Below, one piece after another: positions 13,227 through 28,184 of a stretch of DNA of 64,000 bases. The notes beneath the pieces were generated by a model, which worked only from the letters and a program-made list of their open reading frames with translations, ran no database searches and was not told the origin of the DNA. The stretch's first letter is position 1. Each line of letters begins with the position of its first letter. The DNA comes from Styela clava (Eukaryota). The position numbers and the translations under genes were made by a program. The DNA lies in contig NC_135263.1 in assembly GCF_964204865.1 (NCBI RefSeq), forward strand, positions 13,950,001 to 14,014,000. Direction: 5' to 3'.

Positions 13227-16200
13227 ATGTTTGCAACCTGTACCGTGTTGATCGCATTATGGGTGAATCTAATTCAATATACACAAAGCGAAGGTAAGTG
13301 CGTTTCTATGTTTTAATTCAAGTTCATTTATTCAATTTGTATAAAATCAAGCAAGGTACATACCATGTGTTTTCGTAAATTCAATAGCCGTGGACAAGGC
13401 TGTGTCGGAATTTTATTCTGAAAATCAAAACATATGGTGACAATCTTTCGCGAAATTCAAATCCGATTTTTATAAATCCAATTTGCTGTTTGGAATTCAA
13501 TTTCAAGGTCATTCCGGATTTTATTTTATGGACCCTAAATCGATCGACCTCCCTCTATACCGCAACAAAAGCTAGCTTCTGATCGAAAAATCCTTCCAAT
13601 GTCGATTGGTTTAAACCACAATGCCTGTAAATCGATTAGTAAATCAAAATAAATTGTTCCATAATAGAATAATATAAAGGACAATTAAAAAATATGGTCT
13701 CTTGTGTTAAGACGCAAAGGCAGAAAATTAATATTAATTTTAAAATAACACCACATGTGGTATACGTAAAAAGACCGTTTAATGAGGTATCCATTTTAGG
13801 TTAATGCGCATTATTCAGTGTTGAGGTTTTAAATGAAATGAATAAATGTCTCGAAAAACACCAACCGTGTCTGCTACAATTAGTTTTCATTAGGTTTGAA
13901 TGTTTATTTTTAATATTTATATGTTTTACAGTAGATCATATGGCGTAGGTAATTCATTACCCAATAATTGAATTTGATTAATTATACAACATCATGTAGC
14001 CACCATATACTAGCGATCTATGGGTATGTTATTGTTCAGTTTTTGCTGCTGTTATTTGCTAGTTGTCAAGCGTAAAGTAGATTTACTGTGAAACGAGGTT
14101 CATTTCACTGTACATAGTCTGTAATAACACCCTGCCCATAGGTTTCAGTCCCTTTACACAACTTGATGTAATGTAGGCGAACAAAGTTAGTTACCTTCAT
14201 ATTGGTACACACACTTGTGAAGAGCCCCAATGATTACCTATTTTCAATTTCAGATTCTTGTGGTTCTGTTATAATCGGCGATGATTGTGGCTTCACTGGA
14301 ATCACAGCCCTCGAATGCCGCCAACGGGGATGTTGTTATGATTTTAGCGCACGAAAGATTAATGAAAAATGTCTTTACCCGTTCGATTTTTTTTCCTCTT
14401 CAAACAAAGGTGAACATAAATTCCTTTAAAAATGTAAATCAATTTTAATATATTGTTTTGAAAGACAGAAAGTGATTACCTAAACTAAAAGGGTAATGGA
14501 TGCGATCTTCGGAATATTTATTGTTAATTTTTTTCACGTAAACCAAATACCCAAAACAGGCCATGGAAGGAAATTTATTTCACAAGTTTTTCGTGCTTTT
14601 TTGCTATTCATATTTTGGGAACTCATTTCAGATATTGATGGAAAAAATTGCCCTAATATTTCTCTTTTTTTTGCTTTCCGTAATTTAACTCAAAACTAAT
14701 CGAACTGAATAAGAATATTAGTGTCAAAAAACTGTCAAAATAATCTTAAATCACTTTTCTAAAAATATTTAAATTCCTCAAAAAATTATGCTATTTGTTA
14801 TTGTAGTATGCAAATTACACATCGACGAAATAAATTGTCTTATTGCTGGATTTCTCATGGATAATTACTGACATTGCTCGACTGTATAGTGTATAGCATC
14901 TGTTTGTCGTCAGTTTTTAAAATGTGATTCTGCTCCTTGTATACTCTGTCAGTAATCACTCTGTCTGCACTTATGTCATTTCATTCACATATTTAGATTC
15001 AAAGACCTTCCTGGGAACTTCTGTGCTGAACATCCCTGAGCCTACAAGAGCACTCAGCGATCGACTTACTAAATTGTCCGTAGAATACGAACTAAAAAAC
15101 GCGTTCCGCTACCGTTTCCCGCAAGTGAGATCAGTCGAAGGTTAGTTTGATGTAAATAATTTTTCCTTAGGCTTGTGTCTAGAATTGTCCAGCAAAGCCA
15201 GCACGCTTCAACGATAGTGAAGTCCCAGTTCAGAGTAATAACAAAACAAATCTTGACGACACAGTCAAACGCTGCAAAAGATCAGCAAACAGGCCGAGCG
15301 GAAAATGTGAATGAAAACAAATAAAGACAAAATTCGTGCTTGTAGTAAAACATGTAAAAGATATTCATTTAGTTTAAATCTCGAGGTGTCCATTAAAAAC
15401 AGATGGGCACTACGCTTCAATGGCAGTCAAGTCTCAGTTTAGGGTAAAAAAAAAAACACAGCGCAGTCAAAACATGTGCAAGCAAATGAGGCAGTTAATT
15501 TGAACAGCAAAACAGACCAACTTTGTGAGACATGTAAATGAACTAATGGTAGTCTATTATAAAGCACCCTAATTTGAAAATTACATTAAGTGAATAATTC
15601 AATATTTCACACACACAAATTTTCTTTGTAATTTGGCAGCAAAGCCCTCTTAATGAGTACTGAAATAAACAGCGTAAGATAAAGAAAATCTACTCAAGTC
15701 TTACTATCCTCATTGGAAATTTGTTCATTTATTCACCTAAACAAACTACTTCCCATCTACATTGTTTTCTCCAGGGAATGAAACAGCATGTTCTACGTAT
15801 AAACAATATCACTCATTTCAGAGACAAAAGCCCTATCTTTAAATAAGTTTGCCTGATCAAATTTCTGACGCGCACAAAGAATGTAGTTTGTTAAAAAGAT
15901 TTATCAATTGTTGCCACTTATGTGATACCTATTTTTATTTACAGTAAAAAACTTCACCAATGCAGAATTTGATTACGTAATCACAATTTTTGCTGACAAA
16001 TCTTTTCAAATGACTGCAGAAGATCTTTTAAAAGCATATGCCAATGCAATGCAAATACCGGAATCAGAATCATCATGTGGAAAATATTTTATCGGATTGC
16101 CGATAATTAGAGGTAAAAATTCATCATTTTCAAATTCCCAGTGTCATTGACTCACACTAATCTAGCGCGCGTTTATCCTTTTCAACCCAAACAGCAGAAT

Positions 16201-19200
16201 TGTATATTTCGTATATAACCATTATTCCTTACTCACCGTGCATAAAATCTGTTCCCGTTTGTTATTCAATCTTTAATAATGTTTCATTTCCTTGTAATAC
16301 GTGCAATCTAGCTTTTGTACAGTTTGAAAGGTTTATGTTTCCTTAAATACGTATCAGAATAATTTCAGATAACTAATGATTTGTGAAACTACACTAAATA
16401 CAAAGTGCAATTTTCTCCCCGGTAGGAAACGTTGTGTTAGGTGCAAGGCAAAACATGGTATAGTCACATAGCAAGCAGCGCTTGATACACCCATACATAT
16501 AAAATAGCAGTTAAACGTACATAAAGTAGTTGACCGCATGTAGCCCGTGATCCCTATTTGAATAATTTCGGTGAATCTGCCTGGTGCACGTGATTCTAAC
16601 TAAATTTTCACCTAGTTTTGCGAGTTTAAAGAGTTATTCATCGTTATGTGGTTTTTCTTTTACGAAATAGGCTATTTTTCAACGAAGCTCACTCACATTC
16701 GGATCTTAGGTAAAACGTTAGCCCGCTTGCACCCCTGCCGTACAATAAATATATAAATGGACAGTAGGTTATAATTGTAATTGTAGAAACAATCAGAAGA
16801 TAAATTTAGTGAATGGCATATTCGTAAAGTCCAATTTAATACTATTTGCGCAATCGTTGGTCAAATGAAATCATATCTGTAAATGGAAACTACTTATTAA
16901 TGTTCTTTATTCCTTATAACTGCCCTTACTTACGAGACCTAGTCCATTGTCTACCGGCACTTCAAGAGAAGAGATATTGCTTCCAGTTGTTATAATACCT
17001 TGTGTTTCGATAATTTGTAACTTAATAATTCATTTTTAAGATTATGACGAATGTGAAGCTTCCAACGTGTGTGACATGAAATCAGTCTGTGTGAACACAA
17101 TCGGTAGCTACAAATGCCATTGTAAGGATGGCTTCACAAAAGATCAATTTGGAGTTTGCTCTGATATCAACGAATGCAGGGAAATGGCAGAGGTGTGTCG
17201 ACAGAATCAGGAATGTACTAACACTATTGGTGAGGGGAATCATTTTTTTCATATACAGTATACAGATAAAATAAATACGGGTGTAATTTTAGAATAAGTT
17301 GAAGTTGATTTTATAATTGAAAGTAATTGAGTAATTTGTATATATATTGAAACAGTCAGCAGATTTTTGTTACAATTTAACGTTTAAATAATTAATTCGC
17401 TTGCCTATTCGACCACAGCATTCGTTATACGGTAAGTAGGGGGCGAAAACGAGTTGTAAGTTGTGTGTTTAATTGCACATAGAGTGCTAGTTAACTTTGA
17501 CAGTGTGTTAGATCAGTTTTATGAAGATGCGAATCGGCCCGATCTCGAATCAAAAACCTTTTCCAACTCTCAACCAAACCTACCAATCAACCATATCTAA
17601 TGATATTCCCCAAGAAGGACATTGCAATGTGTTTCTAATACGAGGAATGCATTTTAATTTCTGACACAAAATGGTGTTTGCGAAATCGGCTTTTTCGTGG
17701 TTCATATTTTGTGCAATGTATAGTGTAATTAAGCGCTTCAACACTTATCTGCGCAGCTTGAAAAAGTGCATTGATTCAAGTATAGTTATGGTGCGCGAGA
17801 GTAAAGTGTTTGTTAGTAAATATACATATATTACCATGAACCAAACAAGATAGAATCAGCGGTAAATAACTACTCTTCACCTATTTCATATGGAAGGAAA
17901 TTTTATAACGTTAGTGATTTCATTATTATATTGATTCTTTTTGTTTCTACAAAAACAGGAAGTTATAATTGCGTTTGCAAAGATGGATTTCGTATTGATA
18001 GCAGTGATGTTTGCGTTGACATTAATGAATGTTCACAAGGCAAACACAATTGTTCTCAAGAAACAGAACTATGTGTCAACAATGTAGGAGGATTTGAGTG
18101 TGAATGCAAACCCGGATTTCGGAAATACCGATTTTTTGGTAAAAAATACTGTGTAGAAGATGATCCATGCACATCAAGTAAGCATACTATGGTGCAATCT
18201 TAGTATAATAAAAATCAAATAGTAATAAATATATTTCGACTGAAAAAGCAGGAAATTAGAAAGTAGATAATTTGGGGTTGCAGTCCTTGATTAATGTTGA
18301 CGCCATATAGCCACGTCTCACTTATTTTCTCATCGCTAATCTATTTTTGAGTTGAATAGGTTGAGTAATTTTGCTAAACTGCGTTTTCAATTCACATGGT
18401 CAATTTTCGGTGACTTAGTTCCATTTGCCTATTTTGGGCCAGACTGTGTCGTTTTGATATTTTTTTTTATTCTGTTCCTGAGTGTAATTGTAACAAATTT
18501 AAGATACGATAATACCTGATAAAACAAATTCTCCTCTTTTTACGCACCTGTGTCATTTCCATTTTATAGAATTTGTGGCATCTGAACCTATAACAATCGC
18601 TAACAAAATAACATATTTGCATATTTCCAGATCCATGTCACCAAGACGCAGAATGCAGACGTTCTGGATCCTCATACACGTGTCAGTGTCGAGAAGGTTT
18701 TACAGGAAATGGTACTAATAAATTTGGTCATTCACCAAACATTGTATATACTTTTGAGCGATTTATGTAACATACTTGCTTTCTATATTGCACTTCAGGA
18801 GAACAGCATTGTCACGAAATCAAGCTGTGTATGTTGGCATCGGTAAACAATTGTCACGAGAAAGCAGATTGTTCAAATATTCCTGGTAGTTACCTATGTA
18901 CTTGTCAAGGCGGATACACTGGAGATGGATTCACTTGTGAAGATATAAATGAGTGTGATAACGATCTACTATGCGGGAATCATGCTAAGTGCAAAAACGT
19001 AGAAGGTTCATACCAATGTACTTGCGACAACGGATATCGAAAACTTGCGACGGATGAATGTCTGGATATCGATGAATGCGAGGTGGGTTTTTAAACAAGT
19101 GTTCCTTGCCGTGTTTTGTCTATACTTCCCCACTTTACTATAACGTTATTGCATTTGATATTCTTTCTCAAGCCATGATAAATACCTTTATTTTTTCCAA

Positions 19201-22200
19201 TTTAATCGTAAGGATTCGCGTATAAATCTCAGTTGAAGTGGTGTATATGATAAGTCTTGACCAGTAAAAATGCAGGTAAAAGATGTTCAAAAGAGCTTGC
19301 TGAAATTACACGCCTAACTGTATTAAGTATTTTCTAAGTTTTCTCACTAAGACGCATTGTATTGTCCGGGTCATGCATTCATTTACGCTTTTCTTTTTCA
19401 ATCTGATTACAACATTGTCATAATATTCAGTCAAACTCGTGTAACACAAACGCCATCTGCCGGAACCTACCAGGATCGTATGAATGTTCATGCAACCCAG
19501 GATACGTAGGAGATGGAATAACATTTTGTCAGGAGACAGAAGATAAAATTGGAAGATCAATAACGATTAGTTTAGTAGGGATTCATTGTGATCCTGTATT
19601 TGGTACGTTGAACAATGTAGTATTGTATATTTGCTTTGCCACGGCGAAGTAGGAAGGTTTTTGCAGCCGTAGCACTTTATATTAGTGGTAAAATATCCAA
19701 GACTATACATATTTCACACTTACGTTAATGATATTTCTTTTAATTTTTTTTTTTTAAAAGTTTAGCGCCATGTCGTCGCCTTAAAACTAAGCATATTTAG
19801 GCCGTAGCTTAAAGACCTCTGACTATATATATTCACCACTTACCCCACCGAGAGTTCAATTGGCTAGGAGTTATCTAGAGACGTAAACACCCTAAAAATA
19901 ATTGATTCAACAAACACTTAAATTTTTTATTTTTGTAGGTCCAAAAGAAACAGAAACTAAACTGAGCAAAATCTGTTCAATCGATGCAACTTGTGAAGCT
20001 GGAACTTTGGGAATTTATTCGTGTCGTTGTCCTAAAGGACTTATTGGAGATCCAATGGAAGCTTGCTACGACTGGGACGAGTGTCAAGAAGAATTCCATG
20101 AGTGTCATGCCTGGTCAAATTGTATAAACACGGAGGTAAAAATAAAAAGCATGCAAAGGTTGTACAATATGTATATGACTATCTTTCTAATTATGACCAT
20201 CGTGGTTTTGTTGAACCTCAGTATAATTATTATTGAAATTTAAAACTAATCATTACGTGACAATTTTTTTACCGTTTTCAGGGAAGCTATGCATGCGATT
20301 GTGCTACCGGTTTTATTGGCGACGGGATTGATTGCAAAGATGCAAATGAATGCGAGATAGGTTTGCATGAATGCAGTGAACATGCAGATTGCATCAATAC
20401 CAGAGGTTCTTATTTCTGTGAGTGCAAATACGGATTCATTGGAAATGGATACGCATGTGAAGGTGAGGAATATTCACATTTTTCGTTCATATATTCGTTG
20501 ATACTTATCTGATTTAATAGTTTATCCGGGCATATCCACAAGTCGAAAATCTTGGTGCTATCTAAATCAGGCATGTAGTAGTAGGCCAGATAACCTTGCC
20601 AATATCTCATCAAGAATACGATAGATCAAAGATGTGTTTCAGGCGTATTTACGCCCCATCAATTTGTCATAATTACCGGTAGTGTGGACAAATTGAGTCA
20701 CAATGCCCGGCTACCTACAAATTTACAATTGGTTCAAAACAATTTTTACAGTGAAGATAAATGGCAATTGAATGGCTAGTAAATTCAGCACATCGTTTCC
20801 TCTTGTAGGCTACTTGAATTTCTTCCATTTTTGTATAACCCAGCATAAAACATGACTAGTTTCTATGCAACGTCGACGTATTCTTTTTCTTTTATCTTGT
20901 ACATTTCTTGCTTCTATTATTAACTTTTAAAAAAGGATAATTTTTTTTACAGAGCTTTTTTTCTATGTTGCCCTTGTACGCCTTACTGCTTCATACTCGT
21001 ATCTGGTTGATCTTGACTGCCCTGGTTCAATATATTTCAACGAGGTGTCGCATGATTTGATGAAAGATACTTTCAAGCTTTTTCGTTCTACTGGGGACTA
21101 CGTTAAAGACGTCATAGTCACCTCGTTTTCAAAAGGAAGTGTACTTGCGGAAGTTATAATTGCAACAGTCGGTAGTTCTGCCTCAGACTTAAACCGCGTG
21201 ATAACATACGGCGTAGAAAACGGTTTGACAAATATGATATCGGGTCCTGCTCTTGTTATACAAACATTAAACACGTCCCTCGAATCAATGGATTTTGTAG
21301 GTGAGTCATATACTGGAATTTTAACGAAGAAACACAACTCGCAAACAAAAGTATCAAAAACTTTCTCTGGTATTATTAAACTGCAACCTTCAATGATATC
21401 GAGATACGAAGAGTTGTATAATGATAACCTCACAAATCCTGATTCCGACGTGCGTACAGAATTCGACAAAAAGTTGTCCAGAGAACTGATGTGGATGCAT
21501 GGTTACAATAACGAATACATAGAGGAGGTGGAAATTAATTCAATAGGAACAATAAGCCAATATTTACAGCTTATGAAAAACAGGGTCGAAAAACCTAGAG
21601 TCAGATTCTACAAAGCATCTGTGCTAATGACGTACAATGTTTATGATAGAAGACTATATAACGACTACCAATATGCTTCTCAATATGCGATACCTAAGTT
21701 ATTGAGAAGTTACGGATACGCTTTGAGAAGAGAGGAATTGACCATTGGTGAAGAAAGACAAGTAAAAGGTTTGTATTACATTGTGAATTGCTATCAGGAC
21801 TATTAGGAGAAAATATTTCCCAGCTGATTCGATGGCGGAACAAAACATAATTGACAAAATGAGTCGTTTGCTAACTTAAACTTTCACTTGATTTTTTAAT
21901 TTTAAATGGTTTAATAAAATGAACAATACCACATTTTAATGTTATCCCTTTTTTAATTTCCAGATGTTCAATTCAACAATGACGGTTACATTCAAGTTTC
22001 CCTAACGGACGTTCGTGGACCAAATCCCGGCGAAGTACCTGACGAGTTTAAAGTAACCAAAAACACAATAATCGTTGAACATCTCATTGTGGTATCACAT
22101 GAAATACTAATGATTGACGGAATTCTCCAAAAAATTGATAATGAGTTTTTAAAAAAAAACCTTCAGCTATCATCAAAAGAAGAGAAATCCATCCTATGTG

Positions 22201-23414
22201 TATTAGATATCACTCAGGTTTCTAAATCAGACGGAACTATTGGGTTTTATCGCGGGCTTATGCAGGAATGGAATATTGAGTCAGTGGAAGACGACAACGA
22301 CATCCTCCTGGCTCAATATGATGTCACAATCGATGGAGATTCCGAAATTTTAGATTTGAACGAGCTCGGGCTATTCAATTGGTTTGACAAGGGCGTGAAT
22401 GACGGAAATATTGTTGAGGACAACAAGCTTTCTTTCTCTGGTCTTCCAAAAAGTTTATTCATGGGGAGTTACACAATTGGACAACCAATACATCAAGAAA
22501 AAAACGATAAACACTCAAAAGAATCCGAAAGAAAAGATAAAGAATACAAAGAGTTTAAATATTCAGCATCTATTTTTCTGATGGATGACGTAAGTCCCAT
22601 TCCGTTACTCAATGTACCAACAACGCATGAGGTATTCGAAACAACAGCACAAGTATTCGAACCTCAACTCTTCACAGCTTTCACACGAGGTTTAAAAGAT
22701 TTAAATTCAGGTGACAGAAACTGGGAAGTTAAACATATTTACATTGAAATAGTTGCTTTCCGTCACCCAACAACTAATGAATCAAAAAAGAGAACAAATG
22801 TTATTGCTGACTTCCATATTACAGTCGAGGTAACAGGCGCAATCACATCGAACTTGTTGAAAGATTTACTGAAGAGATCGTTTGATCACGCAGCTACAGA
22901 AGACTATTTTGCGGAAAAATTGTTTGTTGGTGCTCCATGGAATTTCATTGAAAAGATCGATCATGTCACACCAACGCACAAAACAACAACTGGTTTTACT
23001 CAAACTGCTACTCAGCGTGTCACCACGATTAAAGTCACACCGCGTAGTTTATCCGCTGTTCGTCCAACAACACAACCGAGTAGAATTACAACTCGTGCTT
23101 GGTTATCTTCCACCACGGAATCTGTGACGCCACAATACGATGAAGAATCACATGACGTCACAACGGCAGAGGCAAATGAAGTTCCACTATCTACAAATAC
23201 ACAAGAAATATCAGAACTAGCTTACGCAATATCTCTAATCCTACGGGCACCACGGATGAGTTGGTTCGAAATCCGGAGCGAAGTTGAACTCCTACCACCA
23301 AAAGCTAGGACTTTATTAATAGCGATGATGCATGATCCTGGTTCAATGCAGCATATACCGAACTTAACATACTTTTATTTAAATGCTGCTCTTGAACAGA
23401 CAAAGCATTATTAA
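13227..23414 (+). CDS. Secreted trefoil + SEA-like + 10 EGF (mostly calcium-binding) + SEA-like + Thr-rich mucin/fibrillin-like protein (13 exons)
   Basis: Phase-consistent exons: 13227-13293 (signal peptide [22 protein letters not shown]), 14254-14409 (trefoil [20 protein letters not shown]...C), 14997-15140, 15945-16112, 17041-17229, 17959-18177, 18631-18711, 18799-19082, 19431-19602, 19939-20135, 20282-20462 (EGF repeats DINEC...C.NT.GSY.C.C..GF), 20953-21768 (SEA motif FSKGSVL), 21964-23414 (Thr-rich stretch, stop TAA). Confidence 0.85.
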
Positions 23415-24909
23415 AATCATGAAATTTTATGCCATAAAATTACCTCGCTTTCCCATAGCAGGATTTTATAAATCTTAGTCTAAAAACAAATATCGAAGCG
23501 AAATACGATTATTAAGTCCTCGAAATTTCGTAAATAACTTGACTTTATAGCTTCGTTATTGAACACAATTTATTCAGACCGACGTCCTTTCACATGCTTA
23601 CTGAAATCAGGTCAGGTGGTTTTTATAACTTCAACGTCTTCAAGTGATGTAAACTTTGGGAAAATGACTTCAAAAACCATTTCAATGACCTATATATAAC
23701 TTTTATCAGTTTTCGAGCTCGTAAATCAACTATTTCTTGCAATGATGTTTCTACTTTTTTGCTATTTCCACTTTACTTTTTATCTTACTTGTTTCTTGTT
23801 CTTTTGTTACCACTTGAAATACAGCGAGTCTTTGTATGAAAGTTGTATAAGATTAAGAGCACATTTAACAATCACCAAAATCTGAGGTTGAAAATTGTTA
23901 AGCGGCTAGGGTCAATAGAAGACATTTTGATCTTCGTAATTAGAGTAAGCCTTCGTAGATGAGATTCAGTGTTTTTACTATTGTTAAATGGAGTCTACAC
24001 ATTCATAAGTCAAGACAAGAAATCAGTTGCAAAACATAACTAATCTTAACCATCTCAACCGGAACGCGTTTTTACCTTCTGCTGCTACGAATCTTCCCTG
24101 GCCTAAATTCCCAACCATAAACAATTATGTTTCCGGACGACATCTTAGTGCATGGGAAGCACTCAACTAAATTGTCTCGTCAGACATCATTTCTCTCACT
24201 TAACATAACAAACAACCCATGCGTAATGGATTTTATAACAAATGGTCTCGCGTGTCAATCGCGTTTTATTACATTTTGCTGACAGCCTAAACATTTGATT
24301 TCCGTATGAACTGTTTTGTAATTTAGTAAAAGCATTTGCGGTGTGCTCAATTACGTGTTGAGTGTTACATAGTTTTTTGAATGGAAGCAGATTCAATGAT
24401 TCCGATGTTATATCGACGAGTAATACGCAAACGACGCAACAATACAACGAGGAGTTAAGTGATAGTCGTCGGCGTATTTTACTATCATGTATCCACATAT
24501 ACAACTATAAAAAATACGTAGATGGTAAAGCTTTTTTACGCTTTATGCTGACCAGCGTGCTCGCGAAACCTGGCTAGCACTGTAGTGTTAAATACTTTAT
24601 AATGGGTGAGTCGGATCTGTGATTCGTTGAAAGAAAATGTACCTCACGAGTAGATGTGTTTTCAGTATATCATTGTTGTATTTGATAAAGTAATCTAAGT
24701 CGCTAAAGGTATATATATATAAGTTGTGTTTGTTGTAGTTGTCTATTGTTTGCTGAATAGAAGAATTTGACAGATAGTTTGTAAAAAACTAGAATTGTTA
24801 GTTTTTCGTCTGATACAGCGAAGAATATTAGCACAAAAGTTGATGAACAGCACATTTGAGGGCTCTCGATAAAAAATGAAAACACGATGGATGGCTTAGG
24901 GGCCGTTAG

Positions 24910-25088
24910 CAGTGGTGGGATTCAACCGGTTCGCACCGGTTCTATAGAACCGTCTCACGGAGTTTTATGAGATCAGCGAACCGGTTAGCATTACTGGTTA
25001 CTGTCAATGACTTTTTGTCACAGAACCGACTGAAAAATAAGACTTTTGTGACGGAACCGGCTGACAAAAAATTTAAATCCCACCACTG
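24910..25088. mobile_element. hAT-type MITE
   Basis: 13-bp TIR CAGTGGTGGGATT / AATCCCACCACTG. Perfect 8-bp TSD GCCGTTAG at 24902-24909 and 25089-25096. Repeated subterminal GAACCG/CGGTTC motifs. Confidence 0.9.
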
Positions 25089-28000
25089 GCCGTTAGGGCA
25101 GGGGTTCTAAAACTTTTGGTGTTATGAAGTTTGTGAAGAGGTTGACTATTATTCATGGAATTTTAGAAAAAAAAAATACTTACCGATCAATGTTCCGGTG
25201 TGAATTAAACTTTGAGAACATATAGATCAGGATTTGTTGCGCTTGCGAAACTATTTCGGCGCTGCTGGTTAAAATATTAATTTTTGAGCCCGCTCAATCC
25301 ATCATAACCAAAATTCAAACGAACCCACACTTATGCTGTGTAGGCTATATGATATTCAGAAGAGGAGGGATTTCGATGGTACTCGAACATATAATTGGGT
25401 TAACCCCAAGCAAACGCGGAAAACAATTCTTAACAATGGTACCCAAATTTCACCGTAATACTCAGCTTCCAATGGTTTGGTTATGTATATTGCATTCGAA
25501 CAGTTTATGTCATTGAACGGCTATATTTAAAGCATGAATGTTGGATTCTTATATTAACCATGGGCCGTAGTCGACGCATGCCAGTCGCGGAATTTGTTAA
25601 GCGATAAGTTCACTGACCACAAACATTTTGAAGTTGCGATATCCAATACCTATAACACAGATATCCGTATTAGCTATCTGAGGAAAGCATGAATGAACAT
25701 GATAATAATGTCGACTCATTGGTATATTTCCGCGCAATATATAACATCTGTTTCGTTTGAAAACTAATTATCGAGCAGACTGCAAACTGTCGTAGTTCTC
25801 GCTCTAAATTGCTTGTTTTTCTAAAGCAGAATATCGATTCAAACCACGTCGGAATCATTTGGTTACGTTGATGTTCCCCGCGGATCAATATGTAACGAAC
25901 GATGATCAAATTGCCGCTAGTTGGTGCCCAATTTAGACGGTAAGAGGCTGCATTTTCTGTGGCAGAGAAAAGTAGTTTATATCAAAACTTAGCAAGCTCT
26001 AGCTATCACTTTAGGTTCAGCGCGCCGTCAGTTATTGGGACAGACTTCAGCCACATAATCCATCGATTGTTGCCAGAATATAATTAAGGAAATTTTCTTG
26101 ACAATGGTGTCAAATAATATTGATGCATCTATACGTATATATATATAAAAAAAATTCCAGTCACGACTAAAGGAGTGAAGGTAGAAAACATTTGAATAAT
26201 TAACATTCAATAAAACAGCAACGATGTTTAAAATCTTCACGGGGCTTCCTAGATTATAGTATATCCCTTTAAACAATACTGGCAGAATGAATCGTTGATT
26301 CCCCACAAGGCCGTAAATCCTTCGGAATCGACTGCAAAAGTTATAAATTATTCAAAGATTTTTCGATCACAGGGGACATATGCACATCGCCCGACCTTCG
26401 TCTGTTCGGTTATGTAATGGTTTGGCGCAAGAAAACGGGATGTGTAATATTTGACATTTGTAGATGAGAAACGAGAATATAACATCTTTTCAGAATGGTT
26501 AGGTCTGCTTGTTTACGTACTAACTGCTGAGTGTTATACAGTTTAATGTAGATGTAGAAACGATGCATATAAACTATCAGCATTCTTAGTATAAACTTCA
26601 CGTTACATGGATGCCAAAATATTACGGTTATAAAGTCAGTCGATATCGCTGAACCAACATTATTTACCTCATGTGGGGCTAGTAGAGCTAATTTTTCGCT
26701 ATCTTATCAAGCGTGACTTCAGGCAATTAATCGTTTATGGTATAAAACTATGAAATTAATATCTATGCCGTGCACGTTTTCGTAAATTTTAAGTTCTCTT
26801 CTACATTCTATTAGTTTCCAGTCCTATCGCAAACGCATTTATGAATTTTTGTCAAGGTGGCCAAGGGAAACTCAGATCCGCGTCAGTATTAGGGTTAAAG
26901 TCATCTAATCTGGCGGTTGTCTGTTAGAAAAAGTTGTGAGATAGGTCGTTTTATTTTGCTTTTGTTACATATAGGCAAATCACATGGACTTCTAAAAGAA
27001 AACCCTAACGATGCGTGGATCGCGTCGAACAGCAATTGTTTAGGCTGAAAGAGGTGAAGAGAGATAATAAAAATAAAAAAAAGCACGCAGTAGCCTATAC
27101 CAGCAGGGCGTTTCTTTTGCGAATACAATAGCAAGTGTTCTCATTTTGATTCTTTTGTTCGAATCGTATGCAAATTTGTTGACTAATTACTTCAATATAA
27201 GATTATCAAAGATTAAATTATATCATTACATAATCCTTTCCTCTACAGCACGGTGATCTTCCTTAGGGTTTTTTCTTAGTAGACTATAACACGAAGAGGC
27301 AGCTTCGACCACTTTCGGCATATGTAAATAGAAATTCATGAAAAGAAATCGATCTTTGAAGAAGGTAGGGAGAAGGAATAAATTTATTAACTTTGGTTTG
27401 ATTTGTATATATCGAGATGATGTAGCATGTCACAAGGCGACAAGAATACCCAAGCATATTTTGTAAGGTAAGTAAAATAATTTTGCTAAAATTATACGGA
27501 CACAACCACATATTTGCTCTCAAATATGAAAACCGGATACTATCTACGGAAGGCCAAATTTAATCACTGTGAAATCTAACAGATATAAATTTGCCACAGT
27601 AAAGCCAAAGTTATGGTGACTGGTTAGATTTTTCAAGTGCACTTCTGATCAATCCGTTATTTCATTTTCAAATGAGTGATATGGAAAATATGACAAATTA
27701 TTCCCTACAAAATTACGTCATCCGTGTATCATGAATTATTTACCTGCCCGACTGTTTACGCACACGTGTTCCCGGTTCCGGACGAGCCTTGTATAAATAG
27801 AATGTAAAAAAAGAAATCGCATCCATACATATGTATGCCTTCATATTTAAACCCCAGTTTGGGGGTTGTTATAACGCGTTTCGGGATTAAACGAAGTGTT
27901 TTGCTTTATGTATTCAGTTATAGCTGAGCTTTAGTTGCCAATACGCATGATTTGAACAAACTACTGAATTATTTATTAATCACTGAAGCCTATAATATCT

Positions 28001-28184
28001 ACGTAACAAAAATTTGTGCATCAAATCGTAATTTTTTATTGATTACAGAAGCAAGAAGACAAAACAAAGCGAAATAAGAAGTGATTTGATATTAGCGAAT
28101 AGCATACCCAAAGAAAATTCAGCAAAACGTGAATCTGAAGCAATCAAAGAAGAACGCTTACTTTCGTCGCCAATTATTCAAAAT

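Noticed and set aside
15185-15530. Two diverged ~150-bp direct repeats in an intron (ACGCTTCAA...AAGTCYCAGTTYAG)
   Set aside because: Old degenerate duplication with no TIR, TSD or coding signal I can support.
25099-25120. CAGGGGTTCTAAAACTTTT resembling a second hAT terminus
   Set aside because: No matching opposite end or TSD found.
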